NCBI GenBank assembly: GCA_958295725.1
Contig: OY282368.1
Coordinates: 2,946,365 to 3,010,364 of the forward strand
Length of the DNA: 64,000 nucleotides
Direction of reading: 5' to 3'
Source of the DNA: an uncultured Alphaproteobacteria bacterium
Lineage (GTDB): Bacteria; Pseudomonadota; Alphaproteobacteria; UBA2966
Shown: positions 9,983 to 20,334 of the stretch, one piece after another
Numbering within the stretch: the stretch's first letter is position 1
How the letters are laid out: the number at the start of each line of letters is the position of its first letter
Program-made: the position numbers and the translations under genes
The notes under the pieces: model-generated
Told to the model about the DNA's origin: nothing
The model's database searches: none
What the model saw: only the letters and a program-made list of their open reading frames with translations

Positions 9983-11503
9983 ATGCTGAGAACCGGCCGA
10001 CAGTATCTCGACGACATCAAGGGGCGCAAACCCGAGGTCTACATCGGCGGCGAGCGCGTCGATGACGTCGCCGCGCATCCGGCCTTCCGTAACATCGTCC
10101 GGACGACGGCGCGGCTCTATGACGTGACGTCGGACCCCTCGCGGGCCGGCGAACTCGGCTATTTCGAGGAGGAAACGGGCGAGCGTTGCAGCAACAACTA
10201 CCTGAGACCGCGCACGCGCGAGGATCTGCTGGCCCGGGGGCGCGCCCATCAGGCCTGGTCCGACGTCTCGTGGGGCCTTTTCGGGCGCTCCCCGGACCAT
10301 GTCGCCAGCTGGATCACCGGCATGGCCTGCGTGCCGGAGGTCGCCAGGGCGACCGGCCACGACTTCGAATCCCACGTCGTCGACTATTACCGGCGCGTGC
10401 GCGACGGCGACCTGTTCGTGACCTACGCGATCGTCCCCCCGGCCGCGACGCGGAGCGTGGATTCGGTCTTCACGACGGAGAAGAACGCCGCGCTCGATCC
10501 CAGGTTGAGCGGCGAGTCCGGTCTCCACACGGTCGGCGAGGACGATGCCGGCATGACGGTGTGGGGCTTCAAGATCCTGGCGACCGCCGCCGTCCTCGCC
10601 GACGAGATCCTGGTCGGCAACTTCCAGGTGCTGGCGCCCGGCATGGAGCGCTTCGCGGCGACGTTCACCGTTCCGACGGACGCCCCCGGAGTCAAGCTGA
10701 TCTCGCGCCGCCCGTTCGAGCGCGACGCGCCCAGCCAGATCGACGCTCCGCTGGCGTGGCGGTTCGACGAGACCGACTGCGTGGTCTTCTTCGACAACGT
10801 CCGCATCCCGTGGGAGAACGTGTTCGCGTACGAGAACCTCGAGAGCTCGCGGGGCCTGTTCCACGAGACCCCCGCGCATGTCCTGGGTAACTACCAGGCC
10901 CATGTCCGGCTCCTGTCGAAGTTGCGCTTCATCCTCGGCGTGACGCGCAAGGTCGCGCGGATGAACGGCATCGCCGAGGTGCCCGCCGTGCGCGATATAC
11001 TGGCCGATCTCTGCATCCGCGCCGCGATGCTCGAAGGGCTGATCGCCGCCGAGACCGACATCGTCGAGGAATGGCCCAACGGATACGTCGCGCCCGATCG
11101 CCAGACCATGTACGCGACCATGGACTGGACCATGCGCGACTATCCGGACTTCGTTCAGACGGTCCGGGAGCTTCTGGGCTCGCATCCGTTCCAGCAGCCG
11201 GCCGACGTCTCGGTCTTCGACAACCCCGAAACCCGCGAGATGTACGGCAAGTTCGTCATGGCGACGCCCGAGGACGCGGTCGAGCGCTACAAGCTCATGC
11301 GCCTCGCGTGGGACCTCGTGGGATCGGAGTTCGCCAGCCGGCACATCCAGTACGAAATGTTCTACAACGGCCCGCGGCACGTCGGCCGCACGCGGGCGAG
11401 CCACTACTTCCGCTGGGACGTGGTCGAGGAGGCCGCCCAGCGGGCGCTCGACGAGTTGGGCGGCTACGACGAGCTGGTCGAGAATCGCGCGCGGGAGCGA
11501 TAG
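9983..11503 (+). CDS. 4-hydroxyphenylacetate 3-hydroxylase family (HpaB-like) flavin monooxygenase, oxygenase component
   Basis: RTGRQYL, GERVDDVAAHPAFR, GRSPDH, RFDETD..VFFDNVRIPWE, SEFASRH.QYEMFY. Confidence 0.9.
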   Translation: MLRTGRQYLDDIKGRKPEVYIGGERVDDVAAHPAFRNIVRTTARLYDVTSDPSRAGELGYFEEETGERCSNNYLRPRTREDLLARGRAHQAWSDVSWGLFGRSPDHVASWITGMACVPEVARATGHDFESHVVDYYRRVRDGDLFVTYAIVPPAATRSVDSVFTTEKNAALDPRLSGESGLHTVGEDDAGMTVWGFKILATAAVLADEILVGNFQVLAPGMERFAATFTVPTDAPGVKLISRRPFERDAPSQIDAPLAWRFDETDCVVFFDNVRIPWENVFAYENLESSRGLFHETPAHVLGNYQAHVRLLSKLRFILGVTRKVARMNGIAEVPAVRDILADLCIRAAMLEGLIAAETDIVEEWPNGYVAPDRQTMYATMDWTMRDYPDFVQTVRELLGSHPFQQPADVSVFDNPETREMYGKFVMATPEDAVERYKLMRLAWDLVGSEFASRHIQYEMFYNGPRHVGRTRASHYFRWDVVEEAAQRALDELGGYDELVENRARER

Positions 11504-11587
11504 ACGGGACGCGGGACGGGGCGTGAACGGCAACGGCTTGCCCGGGCGCGGGCGCCCGTGGCAGGGTCCGCCCCGCTTCCCGCGAGG

Positions 11588-11662
<75 letters not shown>

Positions 11663-11698
11663 CCCCCCGAAGACCGCGAGCGCGCGGCGGAGACGCCC

Positions 11699-14600
11699 TT
11701 ACGGGGCGGCGTCCGCGTCGGGGTCGCCGGCGGCGAGCGCGTTCAGGTACGCGAGGCAGAGGTCGCGGGAGCGGTAGCCGCCATACGCTTCCCGTTCCTG
11801 GCGTTCGACGATGGGAAAGGTCGAGTAGACGTAGCGCACGTCGTCGCGGTCGGTCACGCCGTAGAGGTGGAAGAACAGGGCGTCGAGCCGGGCGCGCAGA
11901 CGCAGGCGGCGCTCCTCGTCCCAGACGAACGGCGGCAAGACATCGCCATCGGCATCGACATGGCCCATGTCGCGGGCGAACGGCGCCATGTCATGCGCCG
12001 TACAGGTGAGCTCCAGCACCGATTCGCGGACGATCTCGCCCGCCGTCTTCGGCCCGAAGCGGACGGCTTCGTAGCGCGCTGGCGGGACCACGGGCAGTTG
12101 CTCGACGATGAACCAATTCAGATGCTGACCCTGGATTTTCTGGCGCGCGACGTAATCGAACGGAACGGCATTGAAATTGGCGAGCAGCAACGCGAGATTC
12201 GCACTCTGCGCGTCCATGGAAACGACGGGCAGCGTGTTTCCGGCTCCGACGGCGGGGATGAGCGCCGCGATCATGGATCGAACGTTGGTCGGCGCGGTCA
12301 CGTCCTTGAACCCGAGGACCCAATCCACGCCCGAGGTCCAACCGCACTCCGTCGCGGGAACCCAGAACTGCGGATCGAGCAGCCAGTCCGGGTCCCGATG
12401 CTGTTCCAGACTTGCCGGTTCGGGTTGCGCGGGCCGGTACAGGTTCTCCGGATTGACGGTAATGCTCGCGGCACGGTGGTCGAACGCCTGCACCATCTTG
12501 CCTTCGTAGAGCGGTACCCACTCTCCCGCCGGGCTGGCGAAACGGTTCCCACCGACGGGATACGCGCCCTCCTTCTCCTCCAGTTCCGCGCGGGTACGGA
12601 ACAGGCTGGAGTCGTTGGTCATGTCGAACATGCGCGTATATCGCACCGGCCACGCCTTCGCCGCCGCGCCGGACGAGCGGTCGACCAGAACCGGCAGGCG
12701 GCCGTAGATGGCCGTGGTCAGCCCGGCGTCGCGACGGGTGCGGAAGATCGGCGCGGTGCCGGTGTTGGGGTTGACGCGGGCGAAATCCGCCGCCGCCAGC
12801 GGGAAGCGGCGCTCCGGGTCGTCGAGCTCGGCGATATCCTGAAGAAAGAACGCGCACCTGGCCGGGTCCCCGGTCGGCGTCGGGCCAGCGACGAAGGCAC
12901 AGAACTTGAAGCGGCTGTCCACGTCCGGAAAGAACGGCGGCGCGCCGTGGCGCGTCCGGCGGTTCTCGAAGTCGTAGAGCGCGCGCAACCGCCCCTCCGT
13001 CGCCACGCCCTTGAAAAACCGCGCCGCCGTCTTGTCCGAGGCGATGCCGGACGGCGTCAGCAGCCCGACCGTTCCGTCCGGTTTGACGAGGCGCATCGCG
13101 CGCTCGACGAACAACGAATAGAGGTTCACGTCGCCGCCGGAGAGCAGCGGGTAGTCGCCGCGGGTCCGCGCCACGCGGACGGTGTCCGCCGCCCGTTCAC
13201 CAGCCCGCGCGAAATCGCGGACGAGCGGATCCCCAGACCGCTCCAGATCGGCGATCATACGCCTCCGGTCGGCCGCCCGGGGCGCCAAGGCGACCTCCGA
13301 GCGCCGCGCCGCGAACCATTCGACCTGTTGCAGCTTCACCCGGTCCCAGGGCGGGTTGCCGATCACGGCGTCGAAACCGCCTCGCGGTTCGGCGCTCTCC
13401 CACCGCGACCAGACGCCGGGAAAGGCGACCTGCCAGTTGAGGAAACGCTCCTCCGCGGCGAGCGCCCGCGCCCCGGCGAGGATGCCGGCGAAGCGCTTCC
13501 CCTCGGGGTCGCGCGCCTCCGGTTCGCGGTCGCCGCGCGCGATGGCGACGGGATCGCCGAACCGGCCGGCGAAGAAGGCCTGTACGGCGGCCTTGCCCTC
13601 CCGGTCGCGGACGTCCAGCCAGTCGAGGGCATGGACCAGGGAGAGGACGGCGTCGAGCGGCGCGGTGGCCTCCTCCACTTCGGCGAATGTCTCGGCGGAA
13701 CGGTGCGCCTCGGCGATCTCGGCGTCGGTGAGCGCCTCGATCGCCGCCATGCCCCGCGCCGCGCCCGTGGCGCGGGAGATCGAGTCGTGCAGCAGCAACG
13801 GCGTTCCGTATTCCACCGCCTTGTCGACGCCGGCGCGCACCCATGAGCCGAACAGGCTGTCGCCGCAACGGAGATGGTGATCCAGAAAGCTCAGAGGCGC
13901 GCCGACGGTGAAGGTGTGCAGCCACAGCGCGACCTTGGCCAGCTCGACCGCCATCGGGTTCTTGTCGACGCCGTGGACGCACCGCTTCAGCACCATGCGG
14001 CGGACGATATGGCGATCGTCGAGCCGGGCCGGATCGACGGTCCAGCCGCCCGCCTCGGCATTGGCGAGGATGGTGGCGCGAATCGTCTCGATCCGCCCGA
14101 CGAGCGGCGAGACGTAGCCCGCCGCCGCCGCTTCCGCCTCGGCCATGGCCGCGATCACCCGGTCCGACAGATAATCGACGAGATTGACGAGGAAGTGACC
14201 CGACCCCATCGCGGGGTCGCAGATCTTGAGCTCCAGGAGCTTTTCCGCCGGATCGTCTTCCTCCAGGCGCGCGAGCGCCCGCTCCCGGTCGGGGCCGGAG
14301 TCCGGCAGGCGCCGGGCTTTCGCCTCGAAGGCGTCGATGCGCGACCGCGCCAACGGCCCGACCGTTTCCTCGACGATCAGCCCGACGAGATCGTCGGGCG
14401 TGTAGTAGCTGCCCGAGTCCTTGCGGGCGAAGCCGTTCCACCGAACGGCGACCTCGCCGTCCTCGCGGACGAGTTCCTGTTCGAGCAGCCGCTCGTAGAT
14501 GGAGCCGAGCTGTCGTACGCCGAGATCGCGGTAGTTGATGTAACGCCGGCCCTCGGGCGTCCGCTCGAACGAGAGCGCGTCGATGACGCCGGCCATCGCC

Positions 14601-15781
14601 GCGTCGCCGAGCCGTATGGCGGACAGCAGCGGCGCGCGCCGGCGGTCGAACAGCCCGCCGTCGTAGGGCGGCAGGCCGATGGAGGCGTCGCCCTGGTCGA
14701 TGGCGCGGCACAGGTCGTCGATCGCCGACCAGTAGCGCGCCGCGGTCGCCGAGAAGGTATCGTTCGCGTCCTTGCGGCGGCCGACGTCGCCCCGCACGCC
14801 GTCGCGCAGCGCGTAATCGTCGTAGCGCGAATCGCGGACCGGCAACAGATCGCGGTCCTCGGCATAGAGGATGAACAGCAGCCGGTAGAGCAGGACCAAC
14901 GCGGCCTCCCGCGCGTCCGGCAACGGCGCGTCCGGCGCGGCATCGGCGATGGCGCGGGCGAGGTCCGGAAACACCCGTCCGAAGACGAGACCGGACAGGC
15001 TCGCGGCGACCCGTTCCCGGTAAAAACGGCCCTCGTCCATCGCGCGCCGATGGAACGTGCGATCGTCGTCGGCGCCGGGCAGGAAACTCGCCCGCCCGAA
15101 CATGAGCGCGAACACCTTCAGCCAATGGCGGCGCGTCGCCTCGTCGAGCGCGAACAGGCCTTCGTCGTGGCCGGGAAGGCCGAGGACCGCCGCGAGGTCG
15201 ATCTCAAGGAACTGCTCGGAGACGGAAAGCGCGCCCTGCCAGTAGAGACGCCACCTCGCGCCGTTGGTGAGCATCCCCCAGCGGACCCGGCCCGCCGTCA
15301 GGTCGTCCACGCGGCGAAGGTAGCGAAGCATCTGGGTGGACGGCGCCGTCTCCGTCTCCTCGCCGCTCCGTCCCGACCGGCGGTCGAGCGGGCGAAGCCA
15401 GCGCTTCGACTCGACGATGGCGAGGCCGACCCCGTAGCGCCGCCATTCGCGGGCGAAACCGTTGGCGCGGCGCTTCGCCGCGTCGTCCGCGAACAGCAGC
15501 CCGTCGGGAACGTCCTCGCGACCGCGCGCCGAGAGGTTCTGCTGGCGCAAACTCGCGGTCCACCCGAGCCGCGCGAGAACGGGCCAGATCAGGTCGTCCT
15601 CGGTCTGGCTCTCGTTGGGCGATCCCTCGACGGGGAAGCCGTCGAACAGGCCGCGCAGCGCGGACTCGAGACCGTCGAGCGACGCATCGTCCAGAACCCG
15701 CCAGTCGGCGAGCCCGGCGATCGATCCGCCGAGAAAGTCCTCGGAGAAAAGACTCCCCTGGAACGGCCTGCTCGTCGTCAC
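11699..15781 (-). CDS. type IIG (Eco57I-like) fused restriction endonuclease / N6-adenine methyltransferase
   Basis: N-terminal PD-(D/E)xK-like VPDGLLF...VESKRW; GSYYTPD, motif I DPAMGSGHF, motif IV GNPPW, C-terminal TRD-like region; start at GTG 15781 or 15793. Confidence 0.88.
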   Translation of the reverse strand: MTTSRPFQGSLFSEDFLGGSIAGLADWRVLDDASLDGLESALRGLFDGFPVEGSPNESQTEDDLIWPVLARLGWTASLRQQNLSARGREDVPDGLLFADDAAKRRANGFAREWRRYGVGLAIVESKRWLRPLDRRSGRSGEETETAPSTQMLRYLRRVDDLTAGRVRWGMLTNGARWRLYWQGALSVSEQFLEIDLAAVLGLPGHDEGLFALDEATRRHWLKVFALMFGRASFLPGADDDRTFHRRAMDEGRFYRERVAASLSGLVFGRVFPDLARAIADAAPDAPLPDAREAALVLLYRLLFILYAEDRDLLPVRDSRYDDYALRDGVRGDVGRRKDANDTFSATAARYWSAIDDLCRAIDQGDASIGLPPYDGGLFDRRRAPLLSAIRLGDAAMAGVIDALSFERTPEGRRYINYRDLGVRQLGSIYERLLEQELVREDGEVAVRWNGFARKDSGSYYTPDDLVGLIVEETVGPLARSRIDAFEAKARRLPDSGPDRERALARLEEDDPAEKLLELKICDPAMGSGHFLVNLVDYLSDRVIAAMAEAEAAAAGYVSPLVGRIETIRATILANAEAGGWTVDPARLDDRHIVRRMVLKRCVHGVDKNPMAVELAKVALWLHTFTVGAPLSFLDHHLRCGDSLFGSWVRAGVDKAVEYGTPLLLHDSISRATGAARGMAAIEALTDAEIAEAHRSAETFAEVEEATAPLDAVLSLVHALDWLDVRDREGKAAVQAFFAGRFGDPVAIARGDREPEARDPEGKRFAGILAGARALAAEERFLNWQVAFPGVWSRWESAEPRGGFDAVIGNPPWDRVKLQQVEWFAARRSEVALAPRAADRRRMIADLERSGDPLVRDFARAGERAADTVRVARTRGDYPLLSGGDVNLYSLFVERAMRLVKPDGTVGLLTPSGIASDKTAARFFKGVATEGRLRALYDFENRRTRHGAPPFFPDVDSRFKFCAFVAGPTPTGDPARCAFFLQDIAELDDPERRFPLAAADFARVNPNTGTAPIFRTRRDAGLTTAIYGRLPVLVDRSSGAAAKAWPVRYTRMFDMTNDSSLFRTRAELEEKEGAYPVGGNRFASPAGEWVPLYEGKMVQAFDHRAASITVNPENLYRPAQPEPASLEQHRDPDWLLDPQFWVPATECGWTSGVDWVLGFKDVTAPTNVRSMIAALIPAVGAGNTLPVVSMDAQSANLALLLANFNAVPFDYVARQKIQGQHLNWFIVEQLPVVPPARYEAVRFGPKTAGEIVRESVLELTCTAHDMAPFARDMGHVDADGDVLPPFVWDEERRLRLRARLDALFFHLYGVTDRDDVRYVYSTFPIVERQEREAYGGYRSRDLCLAYLNALAAGDPDADAAP

Positions 15782-15866
15782 GGCAAGGACCACCCCCGCC
15801 TCGCGACCGGAGCGGCCGCCGGGGCCGCCCCGATCCAGGGCGCGGGCGTGGGGAACGCGGCTCGGC

Positions 15867-17312
15867 CTACGCGGCCCAGTGCTGCACGAACTTGGTGTTC
15901 TGGTAGGCTTCCAGGCCCTCCATGCCGCCCTCGGAACCGTGGCCGCTTTCCTTGACCCCGCCGAACGGCGCCTCCGGCAGCGAGATGGCGAGGCTGTTGA
16001 CGCCGACCATGCCGCTCTCGAGCTTGTCGGCCAACGCCGTCGCCTTGCTGTCATCGTTGGTGAAGGCGTAGGAAGCGAGCCCGAACTCGAGCTTGTTGGC
16101 GCGCTCGACCACCTCGTCGAACTCCCTGAAGGTGGTGATCGGCACCACCGGCCCGAACGGCTCCTCGTTCATGATCCGGGCGTCCTCGGGCACGTCGGCC
16201 ATCACCGTCGGCTGGAAGAAGAAGCCCTGGTTGCCGATTCGCTCGCCGCCGGCGCGCACGTCGGCGCCATGCTCGCGGGCGTCGGCCACGAACCCCGACA
16301 TCGCGTCGAGGCGCCGCGGGTTGGCCAGCGGACCCATGTCCGCCCCCTCGTCGAGGCCGTTGGCCACGTTCATCGCTTCCGCCATCTCGGTGAACTTGCT
16401 CACGAACTCGCCGTACTTGTTCTCCTGGACGTAGAAACGCGTCGGCGAGATGCAGACCTGTCCGGCGTTGCGGAACTTGCCGCCGACCACCATCTTCACC
16501 ACCCGGTCGGTGTCGACGTCGTCGAAGACGATCACCGGCGAATGGCCGCCCAGCTCCATGGTAGCGCGCTTCATGTGCTCGCCCGCCATCCTGGACAGGA
16601 GCTTGCCCACGGGAACCGACCCGGTGAACGAGATCTTGCGGATCGTCGAATGGGGAATGAGGTATTCGGAGACTTCGGCGGGCACGCCGAACACGACGTT
16701 CAGCACGCCGTCGGGAAGCCCGGCGTCCTGGAACACGCGGGCGATGGCCACGCAGGTGCCCGGCGTCTCCTCCGATGCCTTGATGACCACCGAGCATCCC
16801 GCCGCCAGCGCCGCCGATATCTTGCGCATCGGCGTATAGGCCGGGAAGTTCCACGGCGTGAACGCCGCCACCGGCCCGATCGGCTCCTTGAGGACCATGC
16901 CGCGCGAATTCGCCGTCCGGCCGGGGATGATCCGGCCATAGGCGCGCATGCACTCGCCCGCGTACCACTCGCAGATCTCCGCCGAGATGCCCACTTCGAG
17001 CCTGGACTCGTTCAGGACCTTGCCCTGTTCCATCGTCATGGTGCGGGCGATGGAATCCATCCGTTCCCGCATCAATCGCCCGGCCTCGTTCAGCACCCGT
17101 GCGCGTTGAATCGCCGGCGTGTCCCGCCACACGGGGAACATGCGGCCGGCGGCGGCGAGCGCTTCGTCGAGATCGGCCTTCGAGGCGTGCGGCAGCTCGC
17201 CGAGCACGCTCTCGTCGGCGGGGTTGATGACGTCTTCCGTCTTCCCCGCGCCTCCCTGACGGAACTCGCCGTCTATGAACAACTCCAGTTTCTCGTATCC
17301 GTTCGCGGACAT
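15867..17312 (-). CDS. NAD-dependent succinate-semialdehyde dehydrogenase-like aldehyde dehydrogenase
   Basis: TPWNFP, SFTGS, MELGG, RNAGQVCISP, EEPFGP, PFGGVKESG. Confidence 0.9.
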   Translation of the reverse strand: MSANGYEKLELFIDGEFRQGGAGKTEDVINPADESVLGELPHASKADLDEALAAAGRMFPVWRDTPAIQRARVLNEAGRLMRERMDSIARTMTMEQGKVLNESRLEVGISAEICEWYAGECMRAYGRIIPGRTANSRGMVLKEPIGPVAAFTPWNFPAYTPMRKISAALAAGCSVVIKASEETPGTCVAIARVFQDAGLPDGVLNVVFGVPAEVSEYLIPHSTIRKISFTGSVPVGKLLSRMAGEHMKRATMELGGHSPVIVFDDVDTDRVVKMVVGGKFRNAGQVCISPTRFYVQENKYGEFVSKFTEMAEAMNVANGLDEGADMGPLANPRRLDAMSGFVADAREHGADVRAGGERIGNQGFFFQPTVMADVPEDARIMNEEPFGPVVPITTFREFDEVVERANKLEFGLASYAFTNDDSKATALADKLESGMVGVNSLAISLPEAPFGGVKESGHGSEGGMEGLEAYQNTKFVQHWAA

Positions 17313-17460
17313 GGGTATCTCTCCTTCTGGGGGCGGCGCGCCGGTCTTTCCGATCCGGCGCGGCATATTAGCCAATGCGGCCCGGGCGCACATTCACGTG
17401 CGCGACAGGAAGCACACGGGCGCCGCGAGGTCAACGCCGGTCGGCGGAGATCCACGATCC

Positions 17461-17500
17461 ACCCCCCTCCCGGCCTCCCCCTTGTCGGGAGGGGGAGGGT
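17461..17500. repeat. intergenic palindromic element
   Basis: CCTCCCCCT-tgtcggg-AGGGGGAGG perfect 9-bp stem preceded by ACCCCCCTCCC; similar in form to alphaproteobacterial intergenic repeats. Confidence 0.5.
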
Positions 17501-17595
17501 AACGGGACAGCCTGTTGCCACCCCGGCGGTCCTCGCCGACAATGGCCGCGTCCGGGCGAAAGCGCGGGTTCGCGGAAAGGTTTCGGGAAAGAAGC

Positions 17596-18591
17596 ATGGA
17601 AAAACGCGTCATGGGCGGGGACGGGCCGCGGCTCGCGCCCCTCGGCCTCGGCTGCTGGGCCATGATCAAGGGCATCTACGGCCAGACGGACGAAGGAGAG
17701 GCCATCGCCACGATCCAGCGCGCGCTGGACCTGGGGTTCGCCCTGATCGACACGGCGGACGTCTACGACAACGGACGCAACGAGGCCATGGTCGGCAAGG
17801 CCCTCGAGGGACGGCGCGACAAGGCCTTCGTCAACACCAAGGTGGGGGCGGTGCTGAACACTCCCGAGTTCTTCAGCGAGCTGAACGGCCGACCCGAATA
17901 CATCGGGGCGGCCTGCGACCGGAGCCTCCGGCGTCTCGGGATCGACACGATCGACCTCTATACGCTCCACCGCGTCGATCCCAAGGTGCCGATCGAGGAA
18001 ACGGTGGGCGGCATGGCGGATCTGGTGAGAGCCGGGAAGGTCCGCTTCCTGGCCCTGTCGGAGGCGAGCGGCGACCAGCTCCGCCGCGCCCACGCGGTGC
18101 ATCCCATCACGGCGCTTCAGAACGAGTACTCGCTGTTCAGCCGGGACCCGGAGACCGCCATGCTGGAGGCGGTTCGCGAGCTCGGCATCGCCCTGGTGGC
18201 GTTCGCGCCGCTGGGACGCGGGCAACTGACGGGCCGGGTCAAGAGCATCGCGGACCTCGACGACGAGGACCGGCGCAAGGCGTTCCCACGGTTCAGCGTA
18301 GAGAACATCCGCCGCAACGCGGCGCTGGTCGAGAGGCTGGAGGACATCGCCGCCGGGAAAGGTTGTACGACGGCTCAACTGGCGCTCGCGTGGCTGTTGC
18401 GCCAGGGGGACGACATCTTCCCGATTCCGGGCGCCGAGAAGCGGGAATACCTCGAGCAGAACATCGCCGCCTGCGACATCGCGCTCTCGGACGACGATCT
18501 CGCGCGGATCGACGCGGCAACGCTCCGGGGCGCCGCAGCCGGCGGCCGGATGCCGGAGGGCGAGCCCACGCTGGCGAGCTCGTCCGACTGA
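17596..18591 (+). CDS. aldo/keto reductase
   Basis: LGLGCW, DTADVY, SLRRLGIDTIDLY..HR, QNEYSL, APLGRG, AQLALAW. Confidence 0.92.
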   Translation: MEKRVMGGDGPRLAPLGLGCWAMIKGIYGQTDEGEAIATIQRALDLGFALIDTADVYDNGRNEAMVGKALEGRRDKAFVNTKVGAVLNTPEFFSELNGRPEYIGAACDRSLRRLGIDTIDLYTLHRVDPKVPIEETVGGMADLVRAGKVRFLALSEASGDQLRRAHAVHPITALQNEYSLFSRDPETAMLEAVRELGIALVAFAPLGRGQLTGRVKSIADLDDEDRRKAFPRFSVENIRRNAALVERLEDIAAGKGCTTAQLALAWLLRQGDDIFPIPGAEKREYLEQNIAACDIALSDDDLARIDAATLRGAAAGGRMPEGEPTLASSSD

Positions 18592-18598
18592 CCGCGGA

Positions 18599-19540
18599 TC
18601 AGTTCAGGGCGCCCCCGATCGCGCGCGCCACCCGCGCGGCGGCCTCGCGACCGTCATCCAGGACGGCCGGCATGTTCAGAAAGCCGTGGATCATCCCGCC
18701 GTAACAGACATACCCGGCCGAGACTCCGGCGGCCGTCAGGGCGTCGGCATAGGCCTTGGCGTCGTCCCGCAGGGGGTCGAATCCGGCGGAGACGATCAGG
18801 GCCGGCGGCAGTCCGCCCAGGTCCTCGGCGAATACCGGAGAGGCGTCGGGGTCCCTCCATGACGCCTCGTCGGGCAGATACAGATCGCGGAACCACGCCA
18901 TGGCGTCGCGGGTCAAGTTGTAGCCCTCCGCCAGTTCGGTCATGGACGGAAGGGACAGGGTCATGTCGGTCACGGGGTAGATCAGCGCCTGGAACCGGAT
19001 GTCCGGCCCGCCTTCGTCGCGGGCCCGCCGGCACACGGTCGCGGCGAGGGTGCCGCCCGCGGAGTCGCCGCCCACGGCCAGGCGGCCCGTGTCCGCGCCC
19101 AGCTCGTCCCCGTTGGCCGCGATCCAGAGGACGGACTCCCACGCATCGTCGAGCGCGGCCGGGTACGGATGCTCGGGCGCCAACCGGTAGTCCACGGAGA
19201 CCACCAGGGCGCCGGATCGGGCGCAAAGGTCGCGGCAGAGGCCGTCGTGGCTGTCGAGATCGCCGAACACCCAGCCGCCGCCGTGAAAATGGACATAAAC
19301 CGGGAGCTCGGCGCCCCCCCGGCCCACCGGGCGATAAACGCGCGCCGGTATACGCCGGTCCGAAACCTCGAGCGTCCGGTCGATCGCCCGCCCCACCGGA
19401 GGCGGCTTCCCTTGCGCCGCCGCCTGCCGGCTCCTGAATGCGGCGCGCGCCTCCCCGACGGGCATCGTATGCCAAGGTTGGAGATCGGCGGCGGCGGCCG
19501 CCTCGATCAACGCCCTGGCCTGCGGATGGAGGCAGGTCAC
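18599..19540 (-). CDS. alpha/beta hydrolase, HSL-family esterase
   Basis: HGGGW, YRLAPEH, GDSAGG, DPLRD, HGF; GTG start overlaps the upstream stop. Confidence 0.92.
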   Translation of the reverse strand: MTCLHPQARALIEAAAAADLQPWHTMPVGEARAAFRSRQAAAQGKPPPVGRAIDRTLEVSDRRIPARVYRPVGRGGAELPVYVHFHGGGWVFGDLDSHDGLCRDLCARSGALVVSVDYRLAPEHPYPAALDDAWESVLWIAANGDELGADTGRLAVGGDSAGGTLAATVCRRARDEGGPDIRFQALIYPVTDMTLSLPSMTELAEGYNLTRDAMAWFRDLYLPDEASWRDPDASPVFAEDLGGLPPALIVSAGFDPLRDDAKAYADALTAAGVSAGYVCYGGMIHGFLNMPAVLDDGREAAARVARAIGGALN

Positions 19541-20334
19541 GGCGACCCGTTCGTTCGATCGAGAAATTCCCGGACCGCCCCGGCGGTCGCGGCCGGCCGG
19601 TCGATATCCGCCAGATGACCGGCGTCGGGGATGATCTCGATCCGGGTCTCGCCGCCCAGCCCGGCGACGAACCGGTCCGCGTAAGACCGCGGCACGACCC
19701 TGTCCCGGTCCCCCCACAGGAGGAGCGTGGGAATACGGATCCGGTGGAGGCGCCTGGCGAGGCGGGTATCGCCGAGAGGCCAGAGAATCCGCGCCGCCGC
19801 CTCCTGCGCCCGCGCCAGCGTCACGAGCCATTCGACCCGGTCTTCGTCCTCCGGAACGCCGAACACGCCGTCGTAGGCGTCGGCGTCGGCGCTGAGGCAT
19901 CGCCCGATATCCGGCGGCCGCACCGCGAACGGATCGACGCCGGTGTCGTCCTCGTCGAACAGGCCGTAGGGCGAGATCAGGACGAGGCGCCGCGCCAGCG
20001 TCGGCCAGATCGCCGCGACGTCCGCCGCCACGGCCCCGCCGACCGAAACGCCGACGAGATCGGCGCCTTCGAGCCCGGCCCCCGCCAGCAGCTCGTGGGC
20101 CGCGATCATCCAGTCGAGGTGCGAATCGAGCGCATCGTGCCCCAGGGCGCCGGGGAATCCCGGCAACGAAGGAGCGACGACCCGACGCGTCGCGCTCAAC
20201 ATCTCCAGGAAGGGCGTCCAGCGCGGCGCCCCGCCGATACCCGGCAGGACACCCAACGGATCGCCGTCTCCCTTCTCCCAGACGCGACAGGCGTGGCCGT
20301 TGACCTCGACCGACCGTTCCTTGGGTCCGCTCAT
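19537..20334 (-). CDS. alpha/beta fold hydrolase
   Basis: APSLPGF, GVSVGG nucleophile elbow, WGDRD, AGH; ATGA overlap with the LLM gene. Confidence 0.85.
   Translation of the reverse strand: MSGPKERSVEVNGHACRVWEKGDGDPLGVLPGIGGAPRWTPFLEMLSATRRVVAPSLPGFPGALGHDALDSHLDWMIAAHELLAGAGLEGADLVGVSVGGAVAADVAAIWPTLARRLVLISPYGLFDEDDTGVDPFAVRPPDIGRCLSADADAYDGVFGVPEDEDRVEWLVTLARAQEAAARILWPLGDTRLARRLHRIRIPTLLLWGDRDRVVPRSYADRFVAGLGGETRIEIIPDAGHLADIDRPAATAGAVREFLDRTNGSP

Noticed and set aside
11663-15866. Intact integrative element or prophage at tRNA-Thr
   Set aside because: No integrase, no phage genes and no duplicated tRNA 3' end found by eye
15462-18704. 1080-aa plus-strand ORF and similar long ORFs (11618-13846, 13874-15955, 28246-30504, 50116-52608)
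   Set aside because: Shadow or alternative-frame ORFs overlapping well-supported genes; Arg/Gly/Pro-rich composition typical of non-coding frames
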